A DNA stretch of 64,000 nt from Trichormus sp. ATA11-4-KO1. Lineage in GTDB: Bacteria > Cyanobacteriota > Cyanobacteriia > Cyanobacteriales > Nostocaceae. Made by a program: the position numbers and the translations under genes. The notes under the pieces are model-generated. The model did no database searches. It had not been told where the DNA came from and was given only the letters and a program-made list of their open reading frames with translations. The stretch lies in contig JAHHIM010000036.1 of assembly GCA_019358915.1 (NCBI GenBank), positions 128,001-192,000 of the forward strand, read 5' to 3'. Positions 51,750 through 62,424 of this stretch are shown one piece after another; positions within the stretch are counted from its first letter, which is position 1, and every line of letters starts with the position of its first letter.

Positions 51750-53147
51750 TTACTCTGGTAAATTACGCGGCGGTACAGTTCTCCCCTCGTAAAATTGCTT
51801 TTGCAGTTTACTCAGTCCTAACCATGCTGCCCCAAAAGCTAGAGGTGTTACTGTCTCAATGACAACTGCTACAGTAGATGTGGTATCAAAATATAAACTC
51901 AGAATTGGAATACTTACTAAAGCCAAGACTGCTAAAACTCCACACCAAAACCTCATCTGCTGAATTCTAGCCAGCGCATCTCTACAACTGGCACACTTGA
52001 CTGTATGTGAATGATACCTTTCTAGCAGATGTTCTTTAGGTCTTGGTGGTGGCAAACTCTGCCCTGGGAATGGTTCAGCATTGTACTGGTTTACCCACTG
52101 GTGCAATTCAAAAACAAAAGTGTCTGCTTTGGTAGGTAGGTAGAACGCCTTGGTAAAATTAGGACTGCCCCCCTTAGCTTCTAGATAACGTTCTTGATAG
52201 TGCAGAAAAATTTGGTCATCTTCTAAAACACCATTTTGTCCCATGTGGTAATACCAACGTGGTCTGAGCTTAATCAAGAAACCTGGTAGTTTAGTGGGAA
52301 ACTTAAAGGGAAAACGCGCAAATAAACGACACTCTCCCTTACGGATAGGTGTAGCATAAACAACAGTCAAGATTCTGCCACGCTGGGAGTTGATATCATG
52401 CCACATTAAAGCCGGGGCGACGAAGGTTGTGGATAGTTTTCCCGTTTGATTTGGTTTTAAACCTTGCTGCCAAATGCCTTGGAATCCCTGTTTTCCAGAT
52501 TCAATTACCTCTAGTCCTAAAGGTGCTACATTCTTTCTATTACCTACTGTTTTGTGATGTGTAAAGGATACATGGCTGGGGTCAAGGATATTTTCTAAAA
52601 GTGTTAGGGCATCGTAAGGTAAATCTCTAAATGTGTTGATTACTACCCATCCCTCAGGAGATTCTACTAACGGCTCAATCACAGGAACTTTGGTGTTTGC
52701 AGCATTTTCTGGTTTGCCGGCGAATACAAATAATAGTCCCTGGCGTGCCGTGGTGGGTAAAGATGTCGCGCTAGCTCGTTGAGAAGTCTCTGCTGTTCCG
52801 CCTGCAACTTGTTGGGGAATGTGTTGACAGTTACCATCTCCAGAGAAAGACCAACCGTGATAAGGACACTCTAACAGCCCATCGTCGTTAATCCTACCTT
52901 CGGAAAGCAGTGCTAAACGGTGAGGACATTGGTCTACAAAAGCTTTCCAAGACTGGGTTTGTCTGTCCCACCAAATCACAATATCTTTACCCAACAGCGT
53001 AAAAGGAGTTGGTTTCGATTTATCCAAGTCATCGAGGTAGTGGACAGGATACCATGCTTCTTGCCAATCAAAACAGTTGGGGTCACTACCACCGGGGCAG
53101 ATATCTTCTAAATAACTATCGCCTAAATTTGGCTCTATCTCTAGCAT
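51750..53147 (-). CDS. Rieske non-heme oxygenase, pheophorbide a oxygenase (PaO/Tic55)-like
   Basis: CPHR...CPYHGW Rieske motif, ENILDPSHVSFTH Fe site, HTVKCASC, C-terminal TM helices. Confidence 0.92.
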   Translation of the reverse strand: MLEIEPNLGDSYLEDICPGGSDPNCFDWQEAWYPVHYLDDLDKSKPTPFTLLGKDIVIWWDRQTQSWKAFVDQCPHRLALLSEGRINDDGLLECPYHGWSFSGDGNCQHIPQQVAGGTAETSQRASATSLPTTARQGLLFVFAGKPENAANTKVPVIEPLVESPEGWVVINTFRDLPYDALTLLENILDPSHVSFTHHKTVGNRKNVAPLGLEVIESGKQGFQGIWQQGLKPNQTGKLSTTFVAPALMWHDINSQRGRILTVVYATPIRKGECRLFARFPFKFPTKLPGFLIKLRPRWYYHMGQNGVLEDDQIFLHYQERYLEAKGGSPNFTKAFYLPTKADTFVFELHQWVNQYNAEPFPGQSLPPPRPKEHLLERYHSHTVKCASCRDALARIQQMRFWCGVLAVLALVSIPILSLYFDTTSTVAVVIETVTPLAFGAAWLGLSKLQKQFYEGRTVPPRNLPE

Positions 53148-53237
53148 TTTCTCAATTAAAAAATTTTAATCGCAAGTTATGTTTTTTGTTTTTGCTGCAA
53201 GTGAAGATGAAAATATTTCCTCAGCGTCAGCACTCAA

Positions 53238-53481
53238 TCAATGTCGCTCTTTCTTCTCAAAATATTGCTGATACTCTGCTGCTGCTAAATAATATTCACT
53301 AGCAGGTTTGATTTCTGTGACAATATTTTTATCAAATTTGCCGGACATTTGCAGTTTTGCTTTTGACTGCTGCGCTACTTCTGCCCATGTAGCCGACTGA
53401 AGTCGATTTTACCCCTTTTAGTTGGCGAAATGCTGCCTCGACACTCCAAAAACAGCCAGCACCAAATGTTGCCTTTTCCAT
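53238..53481 (-). pseudogene. msrA: Peptide methionine sulfoxide reductase MsrA, internally deleted and frameshifted (not in ORF track)
   Basis: [33 protein letters not shown] (GCFW motif), then in another frame [39 protein letters not shown]. Confidence 0.88.
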
Positions 53482-53878
53482 AGCGGGTTGCAATTTAAGT
53501 TCTGTAAAAATCCTAACGTGCTGACTTCTCTCCTCGCTAGAGAACTAAATATTACCCACATTTTGATGACAGCTTGCTATATTAGCATAGCCTGGCATTT
53601 TTAGTAAAATATCTGCATAGCGATAGAGCTTAAAATCTACTTTACAAGTCACTCGAGCCGCTCAGTAACCACCACTAATTTTCCTTCTGACTCCAACAGC
53701 ACTTCCTTCTTTAAGTTGTGGAAAAATATTTATTAATATTAGCGATCGCGAAGCATGGCGATCCTCAATGAAGAAGATCCGTGACTTTTTTTTCAAGATT
53801 TTGATTTTACTAAAATATATTGAGATTTTTCTAAATTTTTGAGAACCACTACTGAAAGTCAACTTTGTTTGAGTCTAT

Positions 53879-56230
53879 ATGCCACAATATTTCGGTCAAC
53901 TACCAGTAACTCACCAACCTTGGACAAGCATGGGGATGGTGCAAGCTGTCAATAAGAGTGCAAGCACTATCAGTTTTGCTTGTGGTGATGCACTTCTTAC
54001 TATCAGCATACTTGCTGCTAATTTAATTCGTGTGCGGTTAGCACCAACGGGAGAATTTATGCCCCGTCGTGCTTGGGCGGTAGCATTGGATGATGCAGAA
54101 TGGACAACAGTACCTTTTGAGGTACGGGAAACTGAAGCAACGGTAGAAATAGAAACAGCACAGATTTGTGTTCGTGTCCAACGGCAAAAATGTCAAATTA
54201 CTTGCTTTGACAAAGCTAATCGTCCATTTGCTGAAGATGCAGACATGGGTATGAGTTGGCGGATGGGTGCAGTTGCTGGATGGAAAAAAATTGCTACCGA
54301 TGAACATTTCTATGGCTTTGGTGAACGTACAGGCTTTCTTGATAAACTCAATGAAGTCAAAACTAACTGGACAGTTGATGCTTTAGATTACAATGCTTTG
54401 ACTGATGAAATGTACCAAGCCATTCCGTTTTTTATGGCTTTGCGTCCTGATATGGGTTACGGTATCTTTTTGAATTCCACCTTCTGGAGTCAATTCGATG
54501 TCGGTGTAGAACAACCTGGTGTCTGGAAGATGGAAACTCGTGGACGTGAATTGGATTATTACATTATTTACGGACCTGAACCTGCTCAAATTCTGCGTAC
54601 ATACACTCAGTTAACTGGTAGGATGCCACTACCACCAAAATGGGCGTTGGGTTATCACCAATGTCGTTGGAGTTACGATTCAGAAACCGTTGTCCGGGAA
54701 CTGGCGCAAGAATTTCGTCAACGCCGTATTCCCTGTGATGTGATTCACCTCGATATTGATTATATGGACGGTTATCGTGTGTTTACCTGGAGTCCTAAGC
54801 GCTTCTCTAACCCGGAAAAATTGATTAGTGATTTGGCATTAGATGGTTTTAAAACAGTGACGATTATCGATCCGGGTGTAAAGTATGAACCAGAAGCAAA
54901 TTATCACGTCTTTGACCAAGGAATAGACCACGATTATTTTGTACGTAAAGCTGATGGTGGTTTGTTTCATGGCTATGTCTGGCCTGATAAAGCTGTGTTT
55001 CCTGACTTTTTGCGTGCTGATGTACGTACCTGGTGGGGTGATTTACACAAAAGTTTGACTGATATTGGTGTGGCAGGAATTTGGAATGATATGAATGAAC
55101 CTGCTATAGATGATCGTCCTTTTGGAGATGATGGTAAAAAAATTTGGTTTCCCTTGGATGCACCACAAGGGGAAAATGCGACTCATGGAGAGGTGCATAA
55201 TTTGTATGGTTTGATGATGGCTAAATCAGCTTACACAGGATTGGAACGGCATCGTCCCACAAAGCGATCGTTTGTGTTGACGCGATCAGGTTATGCTGGT
55301 GTGCAGCGTTGGTCTGCTGTGTGGATGGGAGATAACCATTCATTGTGGGAACATTTGGAAATGTCTTTGCCCATGCTTTGCAATATGGGGCTTTCTGGTG
55401 TAGCATTTGTAGGTTGTGATATTGGTGGATTTGCTGGTAACGCTACACCAGAATTATTTGCTCGTTGGATGCAAATAGGAATGCTGTATCCTTTAATGCG
55501 CGGTCATTCAGCTTTGTCTACTGCTCGTCATGAACCTTGGGTATTTGGCGATCGCGTGGAGAATATCTGCCGAGAATATATTAATCTGCGTTACCAATTA
55601 TTACCATACATTTACAATCTTTTTTGGCAAGCAGCCACAACAGGCGCACCGATTTTAAGACCATTACTATATCATTTTCCCCAAGACCCGCAAACCTACA
55701 CCCTTTATGATCAGGTATTACTAGGAGCATCGCTGATGGCAGCACCAATCTACCGCCCTGGGGTTGAGCATCGGTCTGTTTACTTGCCCGCAGGTATTTG
55801 GTATGACTGGTGGACTGGTGAGGAATACGCAGGTTCAAGCCACATTCTCACCCATGCACCATTAGAAAGAATGCCTCTTTACGTCCGTAGCGGTGCCATT
55901 ATCCCCATGCAACCTGTTACACAATATATTGATATTGATGAACAACCACTCGACCACATCCGGTTACGAGTTTGGCCTGGTAATGGTAAATACACTTTTT
56001 TTGAAGATGATGGGCAAACATTTGAATATAACAAGCAAAATTTTTCCCTGAGAAATATCAATGTCTTTACAGAAAATAACCAAACAATCGTGGAAATTAG
56101 CTCAAGAGAAGGAGCATGGACACCTGCATCGCGGGAAATAATTGTGGAGCTTGTTGGATTTGGGGAGCAGCGTTTCCCAGATGATGGACAGGAACATAGG
56201 CTGAAATTGGGAAATTATGCACCAAGATAG
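53879..56230 (+). CDS. Glycoside hydrolase family 31 (alpha-glucosidase)
   Basis: WALGYHQCRWSY, LDIDYMD, GIWNDMNEP, WMGDN, GCDIGGF. Confidence 0.96.
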   Translation: MPQYFGQLPVTHQPWTSMGMVQAVNKSASTISFACGDALLTISILAANLIRVRLAPTGEFMPRRAWAVALDDAEWTTVPFEVRETEATVEIETAQICVRVQRQKCQITCFDKANRPFAEDADMGMSWRMGAVAGWKKIATDEHFYGFGERTGFLDKLNEVKTNWTVDALDYNALTDEMYQAIPFFMALRPDMGYGIFLNSTFWSQFDVGVEQPGVWKMETRGRELDYYIIYGPEPAQILRTYTQLTGRMPLPPKWALGYHQCRWSYDSETVVRELAQEFRQRRIPCDVIHLDIDYMDGYRVFTWSPKRFSNPEKLISDLALDGFKTVTIIDPGVKYEPEANYHVFDQGIDHDYFVRKADGGLFHGYVWPDKAVFPDFLRADVRTWWGDLHKSLTDIGVAGIWNDMNEPAIDDRPFGDDGKKIWFPLDAPQGENATHGEVHNLYGLMMAKSAYTGLERHRPTKRSFVLTRSGYAGVQRWSAVWMGDNHSLWEHLEMSLPMLCNMGLSGVAFVGCDIGGFAGNATPELFARWMQIGMLYPLMRGHSALSTARHEPWVFGDRVENICREYINLRYQLLPYIYNLFWQAATTGAPILRPLLYHFPQDPQTYTLYDQVLLGASLMAAPIYRPGVEHRSVYLPAGIWYDWWTGEEYAGSSHILTHAPLERMPLYVRSGAIIPMQPVTQYIDIDEQPLDHIRLRVWPGNGKYTFFEDDGQTFEYNKQNFSLRNINVFTENNQTIVEISSREGAWTPASREIIVELVGFGEQRFPDDGQEHRLKLGNYAPR

Positions 56231-56388
56231 ATTGTTTTCTCGCGATTATTTCTTAATCTAAACTCTGCAACAAGAAAATATGTATATAGGTAGAGAAAAA
56301 AACTAGCTAATAGCGAGTAGCCTAAAATACAAATAATCTAAATTTTAGCCCGGAAGAAATACTCAACATGACTACGCTAGACAGTTAG

Positions 56389-59300
56389 GTGGCAAAAACC
56401 TCAATGTTAAACGTCAACCGCTTGCGACTGCAAAACTTACAGAGATTACGAGTGGCGCAAGTTGCCAGTGCGTTCGCAAAGCGCTCCGCAGGAATCGCGA
56501 TCTTGGTCGGTGTTTTGGTATTATTTGGCTGGTATTTCGACATCAAACTTCTCAAGCAGTTTGGCTATGCCAGTCCGGTAACAATGAAACCCAATGAAGC
56601 CCTGTGTTTTGTACTGGCTGGGATATCGCTGTGGTTGTCGCAAATAGGACAAAGTAAAACTAAACCAGATCAAAAGCCTACTCCTCGGCATCGCCTGGCT
56701 TACTTACGCTGCTCGAGAATTTGTGCAGTAGCTGTTACCTTGATTGGTTTGCTCACACTCAGTCAATATTTCTTCGGCTGGAATTTGGGAATTGATGAGT
56801 TGCTGTTTCAGGATTCAGCAAATGCTTTATTTACATCCCATCCAGGGCGAATGGGATTCAATGCGGCATTGAACTTGATGTTAGTGGGTAGAGCCTTAGA
56901 ACTGTTGGCTTATCCGAGAACTAGCCGGAGTTATTGGTATGCCCAGATTCTCGCCCTGATAGCCGCTTTGATTTCCTTACAGGTGCTCATCGGCTATGCC
57001 TACAAAGTACAACTTTTTTCCCGCGTGGCCTCCTATACCACATTGATGGCATTACCTACAGGGCTGACGTTTACCGTGGTTTGTGTGGGCATTCTGTGGG
57101 CGCGTCCAGACCAAGGATTTATGCAAGTAGTCATCAGTGAGACTTACGGCGGCTTAATTGCCCGTCGTTTATTGCTGGCCGCGATCGCCATACCATTAGT
57201 TTTGGGATGGTTCATCTTGCAAGGTCAAATAGCAGGACAATACGGCTCGGCTTTTGCGATATCATTGTTTGCCATCATTTTAATTGTAATTTTTGCCATT
57301 TTTATTTGGCACAGCTCGGCAGTAATTGAACGCCTCTGTCGTCAACATGATGACGCTCAAAACAAACTGAGAGCTTATGAAGAAAAACTCAGGAGTTTTG
57401 TAGATGCCAACGTCATTGGCATTAAGTTTGGCGACGTGTACGGCGGTATCCACGAGGCTAACGATGCATTTCTGCGGATGATTGGTTACACACGAGAGGA
57501 TCTACTAGCAGGTAGATTAAGTTGGAGTGATATCACACCGCCAGAGTATTTATACTTGGATGAGCAAGGAATCGCCGAAGCTAAGGCAACTACCAACGGT
57601 GCTTGTACGCCTTACGAGAAAGAATATATTCACAAAGATGGCAGGCGGATTCCGGTTTTAGTTGGTTATGTGCTGCTAGGAGAAAAACGAGAAGAATCAG
57701 TAGCATTTATTCTCGACTTGAGCGAACGCAAGCAAGCCAGAGAACAGATATTACAACTTAACAAAAATCTTCAGCGCCGCGTTGCCGAATTACAAACTTT
57801 GTTTCAGGTGATTCCTATTGGCATTGGCATTGCCGAAGATCCGCAGTGTCAAAGTATCAAAGTCAACCCCAGTTTTGCCCAGCAATTGGGGATATCACCA
57901 AATGATAATGCTTCCCTTAGCGCTCCTAGTCACGAAAGACCCACAAACTTTAAAGTTTATCGCGATGGTAAGGAACTGTTGCCAGAAGAACTCCCCATGC
58001 AGTACTCAGCATCTCATGGTGTTGAAGTTCTAGATTTTGAAGTCGATATCATTCATGAAAATGGCAAACTTGTGAAGTTGCTGGAGTTTGTCGCCCCATT
58101 GTTTGATGAAGAAGGTAACAGCAGAGGCAGTGTTGGTGCATTTTTAGATATTACCGAGCGTAAGCAGATCGAGGAAGCAATCCATAATCAGCAAAAATGG
58201 TTGGAAGATTTGCTCAACATGATGCCGTTGCCATTACTGTTTATTGAACCAGAAACGGCGCGGGTGACATTTGCTAATCGAGCTGCTGATGAATTAGCTG
58301 GGGGTGAATTTCCTAAAGGTGTACCAGCAGCCGAGTATCACACAGCATACTACTGCACAAATGCGGCAGGCGATCGCATCCCTAACGAGCAAATACCTGG
58401 AGTGCGGGTTGCTCGTGGAGAACGTTTGGATGGATTGGAGATAGACTGGCACACAAGTGAGTGTGTGCGCTCCTTACATATATTTGCCGATACTCTACCA
58501 GCAATGCATGGTCATCCAGCTACCTGTGTATTGGCGTTCCAAGATATCAGTAAACTTAAGGAAATAGAAAAAGCGCTGTCATTGGGTAACAGAAGGCTTC
58601 AGCTACTCTTTAATACCGCCAACGATTTACTATCTAGCCAGCAGCCAGTGACATTAATTGACAGTTGCTTCCGTAAACTTGCTGAGCAGATTGGTTTAGA
58701 TGTTTACTTGAACTATTTAGTGGAAGAAAACTCTCAGATCATGCGGCTAGCATCCTTCACAGGCTTTTCAGAAGAGACAGCCAAAGAAGTAGAGTGGCTA
58801 GAGTTTGGTCAATCAGTGTGTGGTAGTGTAGCCCAGGTGCGCCATCCCATATCTTTAGAAAATGTCCAGCAATCAACTGACCCTAAAACAAAATTCATTC
58901 GGAATTTAGGAATTACAGCTTATTATAGTTATCCATTGATAGCTCAGGAACAGCTTTTGGGTACTCTTTCCTTTGGCAGCCGCAGTCGCTCTCGCTTCAG
59001 TGAAAATCAAAAAGGCATGATGCAAGCCGTATGTGACCAAATAGCGATCGCCATGGAACGAGCTAGTTTAATTGCTTCTTTACAGCAGCAAACTGAGCAA
59101 CTGCGAGAAGCAAACCGCATGAAAGATGAATTTCTCGCTATATTATCTCATGAATTGCGATCGCCCCTGAATGCTATCCTCGGCTGGGCGCAATTGCTAC
59201 GCGCCCGCAAACTCAGCGAAACTCAAACGGCTAAAGCGATGGAGACAATCGAGCGCAATGCCAGGGCACAAACTCAGCTGATCGAAGACCTGCTGGATAT

Positions 59301-60318
59301 TTCACGGATGATTCGCGGTAAATTACATCTCAATGTCCGTACTTGCGATTTAATTCCCCTGATTGAGTCAGCCATCGAGACCGTCAAATTAGCCGCCCAA
59401 GCCAAAGAAATTAATTTAAGCTTTTCCCTGACTCCCGCACTCGCATCGCAGCGAGATCATTCTCAATTCTTAGTTTCCGGTGATGTCGAGCGTGTACAGC
59501 AGATAATCTGGAATTTACTATCTAACGCCATCAAATTCACACCCAGAGGCGGGAGGGTAGAAATTCAACTTTCCCAAAGCATCGGTAACGAACAAGGGTT
59601 ACCAGGGAAGAGAAATCAACTAACTAGCTATGCTCAAATCCAAGTGAGTGATACAGGTATTGGTATCAGCCCTGAGTTTCTTCCTTACGTTTTTGACCGC
59701 TTTCGTCAAGCCGATAGTTCTAGTACTAGGTCTTATGGCGGATTAGGATTAGGTTTAGCAATTGTGCGTCATTTAGTAGAATTACATGGCGGTACTATCC
59801 ATGTAGACAGTCGGGGTCAAGAGCAAGGCGCAACTTTTACAGTCAAATTACCGCTTTTATTACAAAGCAAACAAGCCATTTCCGACTCAATCAGCAAGCC
59901 AGAAGATGATGCCCGTCTTTCCCTAACTCCCTGCCTTGTTGGCGTGCGGGTGCTAGTTGTAGACGATGAAATTGATACTCGTGACTTTGTTACCACCGTA
60001 CTCCAGCAGTGCCAAGCCGAAGTTCAGGCAGTGGGATCAGTTCCAGAAGCCTTGCAGATAATTTTACAGTGGCAACCAGATGTGTTAGTCAGCGACATCG
60101 GCATGCCGGAAGAAGATGGTTACTCATTAATCCGCAAAGTGCGATCGCAACCACCAGAACAAGGCGGTAAAATTCCCGCAGCCGCACTAACAGCCTATGC
60201 AAGAGCTGAGGATCGGACACGAGCTATACAAGAAGGTTATCAGCTACATTTGCCTAAACCGATTGAGCCAACTGAGTTAGCTACAGTTGTTGCTAGCCTT
60301 GTAGGACGCACTTCATAG
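56389..60318 (+). CDS. Membrane hybrid sensor histidine kinase (TM-PAS-PAS-PAS-GAF-HisKA-HATPase-REC)
   Basis: LSHELRSPL H-box, NLLSNAIKFT, DTGIGI, GLGLGLAI, receiver VSDIGMP, HLPKP. Confidence 0.95.
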   Translation: MAKTSMLNVNRLRLQNLQRLRVAQVASAFAKRSAGIAILVGVLVLFGWYFDIKLLKQFGYASPVTMKPNEALCFVLAGISLWLSQIGQSKTKPDQKPTPRHRLAYLRCSRICAVAVTLIGLLTLSQYFFGWNLGIDELLFQDSANALFTSHPGRMGFNAALNLMLVGRALELLAYPRTSRSYWYAQILALIAALISLQVLIGYAYKVQLFSRVASYTTLMALPTGLTFTVVCVGILWARPDQGFMQVVISETYGGLIARRLLLAAIAIPLVLGWFILQGQIAGQYGSAFAISLFAIILIVIFAIFIWHSSAVIERLCRQHDDAQNKLRAYEEKLRSFVDANVIGIKFGDVYGGIHEANDAFLRMIGYTREDLLAGRLSWSDITPPEYLYLDEQGIAEAKATTNGACTPYEKEYIHKDGRRIPVLVGYVLLGEKREESVAFILDLSERKQAREQILQLNKNLQRRVAELQTLFQVIPIGIGIAEDPQCQSIKVNPSFAQQLGISPNDNASLSAPSHERPTNFKVYRDGKELLPEELPMQYSASHGVEVLDFEVDIIHENGKLVKLLEFVAPLFDEEGNSRGSVGAFLDITERKQIEEAIHNQQKWLEDLLNMMPLPLLFIEPETARVTFANRAADELAGGEFPKGVPAAEYHTAYYCTNAAGDRIPNEQIPGVRVARGERLDGLEIDWHTSECVRSLHIFADTLPAMHGHPATCVLAFQDISKLKEIEKALSLGNRRLQLLFNTANDLLSSQQPVTLIDSCFRKLAEQIGLDVYLNYLVEENSQIMRLASFTGFSEETAKEVEWLEFGQSVCGSVAQVRHPISLENVQQSTDPKTKFIRNLGITAYYSYPLIAQEQLLGTLSFGSRSRSRFSENQKGMMQAVCDQIAIAMERASLIASLQQQTEQLREANRMKDEFLAILSHELRSPLNAILGWAQLLRARKLSETQTAKAMETIERNARAQTQLIEDLLDISRMIRGKLHLNVRTCDLIPLIESAIETVKLAAQAKEINLSFSLTPALASQRDHSQFLVSGDVERVQQIIWNLLSNAIKFTPRGGRVEIQLSQSIGNEQGLPGKRNQLTSYAQIQVSDTGIGISPEFLPYVFDRFRQADSSSTRSYGGLGLGLAIVRHLVELHGGTIHVDSRGQEQGATFTVKLPLLLQSKQAISDSISKPEDDARLSLTPCLVGVRVLVVDDEIDTRDFVTTVLQQCQAEVQAVGSVPEALQIILQWQPDVLVSDIGMPEEDGYSLIRKVRSQPPEQGGKIPAAALTAYARAEDRTRAIQEGYQLHLPKPIEPTELATVVASLVGRTS
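56473..56493. mobile_element. 21-nt insertion splitting a HIP1 site (SDR5-like) within the kinase gene
   Basis: GCG[TTCGCAAAGCGCTCCGCAGGA]ATCGC; adds FAKRSAG in frame. Confidence 0.8.
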
Positions 60319-60328
60319 GGTTGGATGA

Positions 60329-60507
60329 AGAGTGCTGAGTTAAAAGTGCTGAGTGCTGAGTTAAAAGACCGCCCACACTTCGACAGGCTCAGTGACCACA
60401 AGGGGCGGGGCATTTACCGAGTGCGAAAGTGCCGAGTATTCTTTTTATTACTCAGCACTCCCCTTCGGCTTCGCTCAGGGCAAGCGCACTCAGCACTCAG
60501 CACTGAG
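60329..60507. repeat. STRR (GTGCTGA/TCAGCAC) arrays with embedded small dispersed repeats
   Basis: Heptamer arrays in both orientations; CTTCGACAGGCTCAGTG and CTTCGGCTTCGCTCAGGGCAAG units. Confidence 0.8.
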
Positions 60508-60762
60508 TCCAGTAAACTAATTATCAAATCCGGACACAAAAAGATTTTTCCACCTGTCCCCTCTCCCCTGTACTCTGTTTCCTGTTATACATACAGTTGT
60601 CGTAATGCCATTAACAGTGTCATAAAGAGAAGGTAAAAGAATAGCCTTAGTCACATAGATGAGGAAAGTATTGATTGCTCAAAGCTGGGTTGATACTCAG
60701 CACTCAGCACTCAGCACTTAGCACTTTGCGTTCCCAGCTTCTAGGATAAACAAATCACACTC

Positions 60763-62394
60763 ATGACTGAAATCACATTACGCCTACAACAGGGAGATAC
60801 GGAAACAACAGTGTCAGTGAATCAAGATGAATTCACAATTGGACGTTTGCCGGAATGTAACTTGTATTTGCCTTTTGGGGGAATTTCTCGTCAACATGCC
60901 AGGCTAGTAAAATCAACCGATGGTGTGTGGAAGATTGAAGATTTAGGCAGTAAAAACGGGACGCAAGTAAACCAAAATTTGATTAGCCATGCGCAAGAGT
61001 TGCATCACGGCGATACGATTTGGCTGGGAAATGTCAACTTGGTAGTGCTATTTGCTAATCATGCTATGCAGTGTGTGCCCAATCATACTGTAGCTGCGGC
61101 TGCTGCCGAACCTAGAACGATTTTTCGCAACGTCAAGCAACTGCAACAGCAATGGATAGAAGCTGATAGCAAGGATGGAGAACCCAGCAATAAAGACAAA
61201 ACCATTGCCCGCCTCAAAGACTTGGTAGACATAGCCAAAAATCTCTGTGCAGCCGCATCCATAGAAGAAATTTTTTCCCAAGTGCAACAAGTTGTCTTTC
61301 GTTATCTTGATAGCATTGACCGCTTGGCATTATTAATTGATGTGAATGGGTGCGGTAATCTAGAGTTAGTGAATGCTGGCACTAGAGATATTTCTCAGCA
61401 AAAATATTTGGCAGGTGATGGCAATTGGATTAGTCGGAGTATCTGCCAGAAGGTATTTGAGGAAAAAGTTGCTGTGCAAACTGCTGATACTCATAAGGAC
61501 GAAAGGTTCTCTGGAGAACACAGTATTTTGGTTAAAGGCATCCGTAGCGCTATGGCTGTACCTTTGTGGGATGAAAATAAAGTAGTCGGCGTGCTTTATG
61601 CCGATGCTCATCTTTCTTCTTACCATTGGGCAAATGAAGGCGAAGCAGAACTGAGCTTTTTTTCGGCTTTAGCAAATCTTGTGGCTTCTAGTGTGCAACG
61701 TTGGCTATTGGCAGAGAAATTAAAAACTGAAGAAGTGATTCGTCATCGATTAGAGCGTTATCATTCTCCAGCTGTTGTGCAGCAGTTAATAGCTGTAGGC
61801 GGGTTACCAGACGGTCGTTTAGCTCCCGCAGAAAGCGAAATTAGTATTTTGTTTGCAGATTTAGTTGGCTTTACAGCAATTTCGGAAAGATTAACACCAA
61901 CCGCGATCGCTCAATTGTTGAATAATTTATTTGAAGAGATGTTGCAAGAAGTGTTTACCTACGGCGGTACTTTGGATAAGTACATTGGCGATTGTATCAT
62001 GGCATTTTTTGGCGCACCGGAATCACAACCAGATCATGCCGATCGCGCCACTGCTGCGGCTAAAGGAATGCTGGCTCGTCTAGAACGTATTAATGCCAAT
62101 GGTTTTTGGCAGGAACCACTACAATTACGTATTGCTATTAACAGTGGTAAGGCTGTCGTGGGTGATGTTGGTAGTTCCCAACGGGTAGACTATACGGCAT
62201 TAGGCGCAACGATTAATCTGGCAGCTCGCATGGAAGCAGTTTGTCCCCCCAGTGAATGCGTCATCAGTGAAGCCACCCATCTGATGCTTTCACAATCCTC
62301 GGACTTTCAAGAAATGGGGCATTATCGTTTTAAAGGTATTGATCGATTAGTGAAGGTGTATCAGACAAAATCAGTCAAGAGTGCTGAGTGCTGA
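60763..62394 (+). CDS. cyaD: Adenylate cyclase with FHA and GAF domains (CyaD-like)
   Basis: FHA (IGR, SRQHA, DLGSKNGT), GAF, class III cyclase (ILFADLVGFT, DKYIGDCIMA, YTALGATINLAARME). Confidence 0.9.
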   Translation: MTEITLRLQQGDTETTVSVNQDEFTIGRLPECNLYLPFGGISRQHARLVKSTDGVWKIEDLGSKNGTQVNQNLISHAQELHHGDTIWLGNVNLVVLFANHAMQCVPNHTVAAAAAEPRTIFRNVKQLQQQWIEADSKDGEPSNKDKTIARLKDLVDIAKNLCAAASIEEIFSQVQQVVFRYLDSIDRLALLIDVNGCGNLELVNAGTRDISQQKYLAGDGNWISRSICQKVFEEKVAVQTADTHKDERFSGEHSILVKGIRSAMAVPLWDENKVVGVLYADAHLSSYHWANEGEAELSFFSALANLVASSVQRWLLAEKLKTEEVIRHRLERYHSPAVVQQLIAVGGLPDGRLAPAESEISILFADLVGFTAISERLTPTAIAQLLNNLFEEMLQEVFTYGGTLDKYIGDCIMAFFGAPESQPDHADRATAAAKGMLARLERINANGFWQEPLQLRIAINSGKAVVGDVGSSQRVDYTALGATINLAARMEAVCPPSECVISEATHLMLSQSSDFQEMGHYRFKGIDRLVKVYQTKSVKSAEC

Positions 62395-62424
62395 ATTAAA
62401 AGATTGCCTATCTGGAATTGTTAC

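Noticed and set aside
53009..53604. Plus-strand ORFs 53009-53302 and 53422-53604
   Set aside because: Antisense shadows of the Rieske gene start and the msrA pseudogene.
60325..60636. 103-aa ORF
   Set aside because: Composed of STRR/SDR repeats (SAELKVLSAE, HSALST); a translation artefact.
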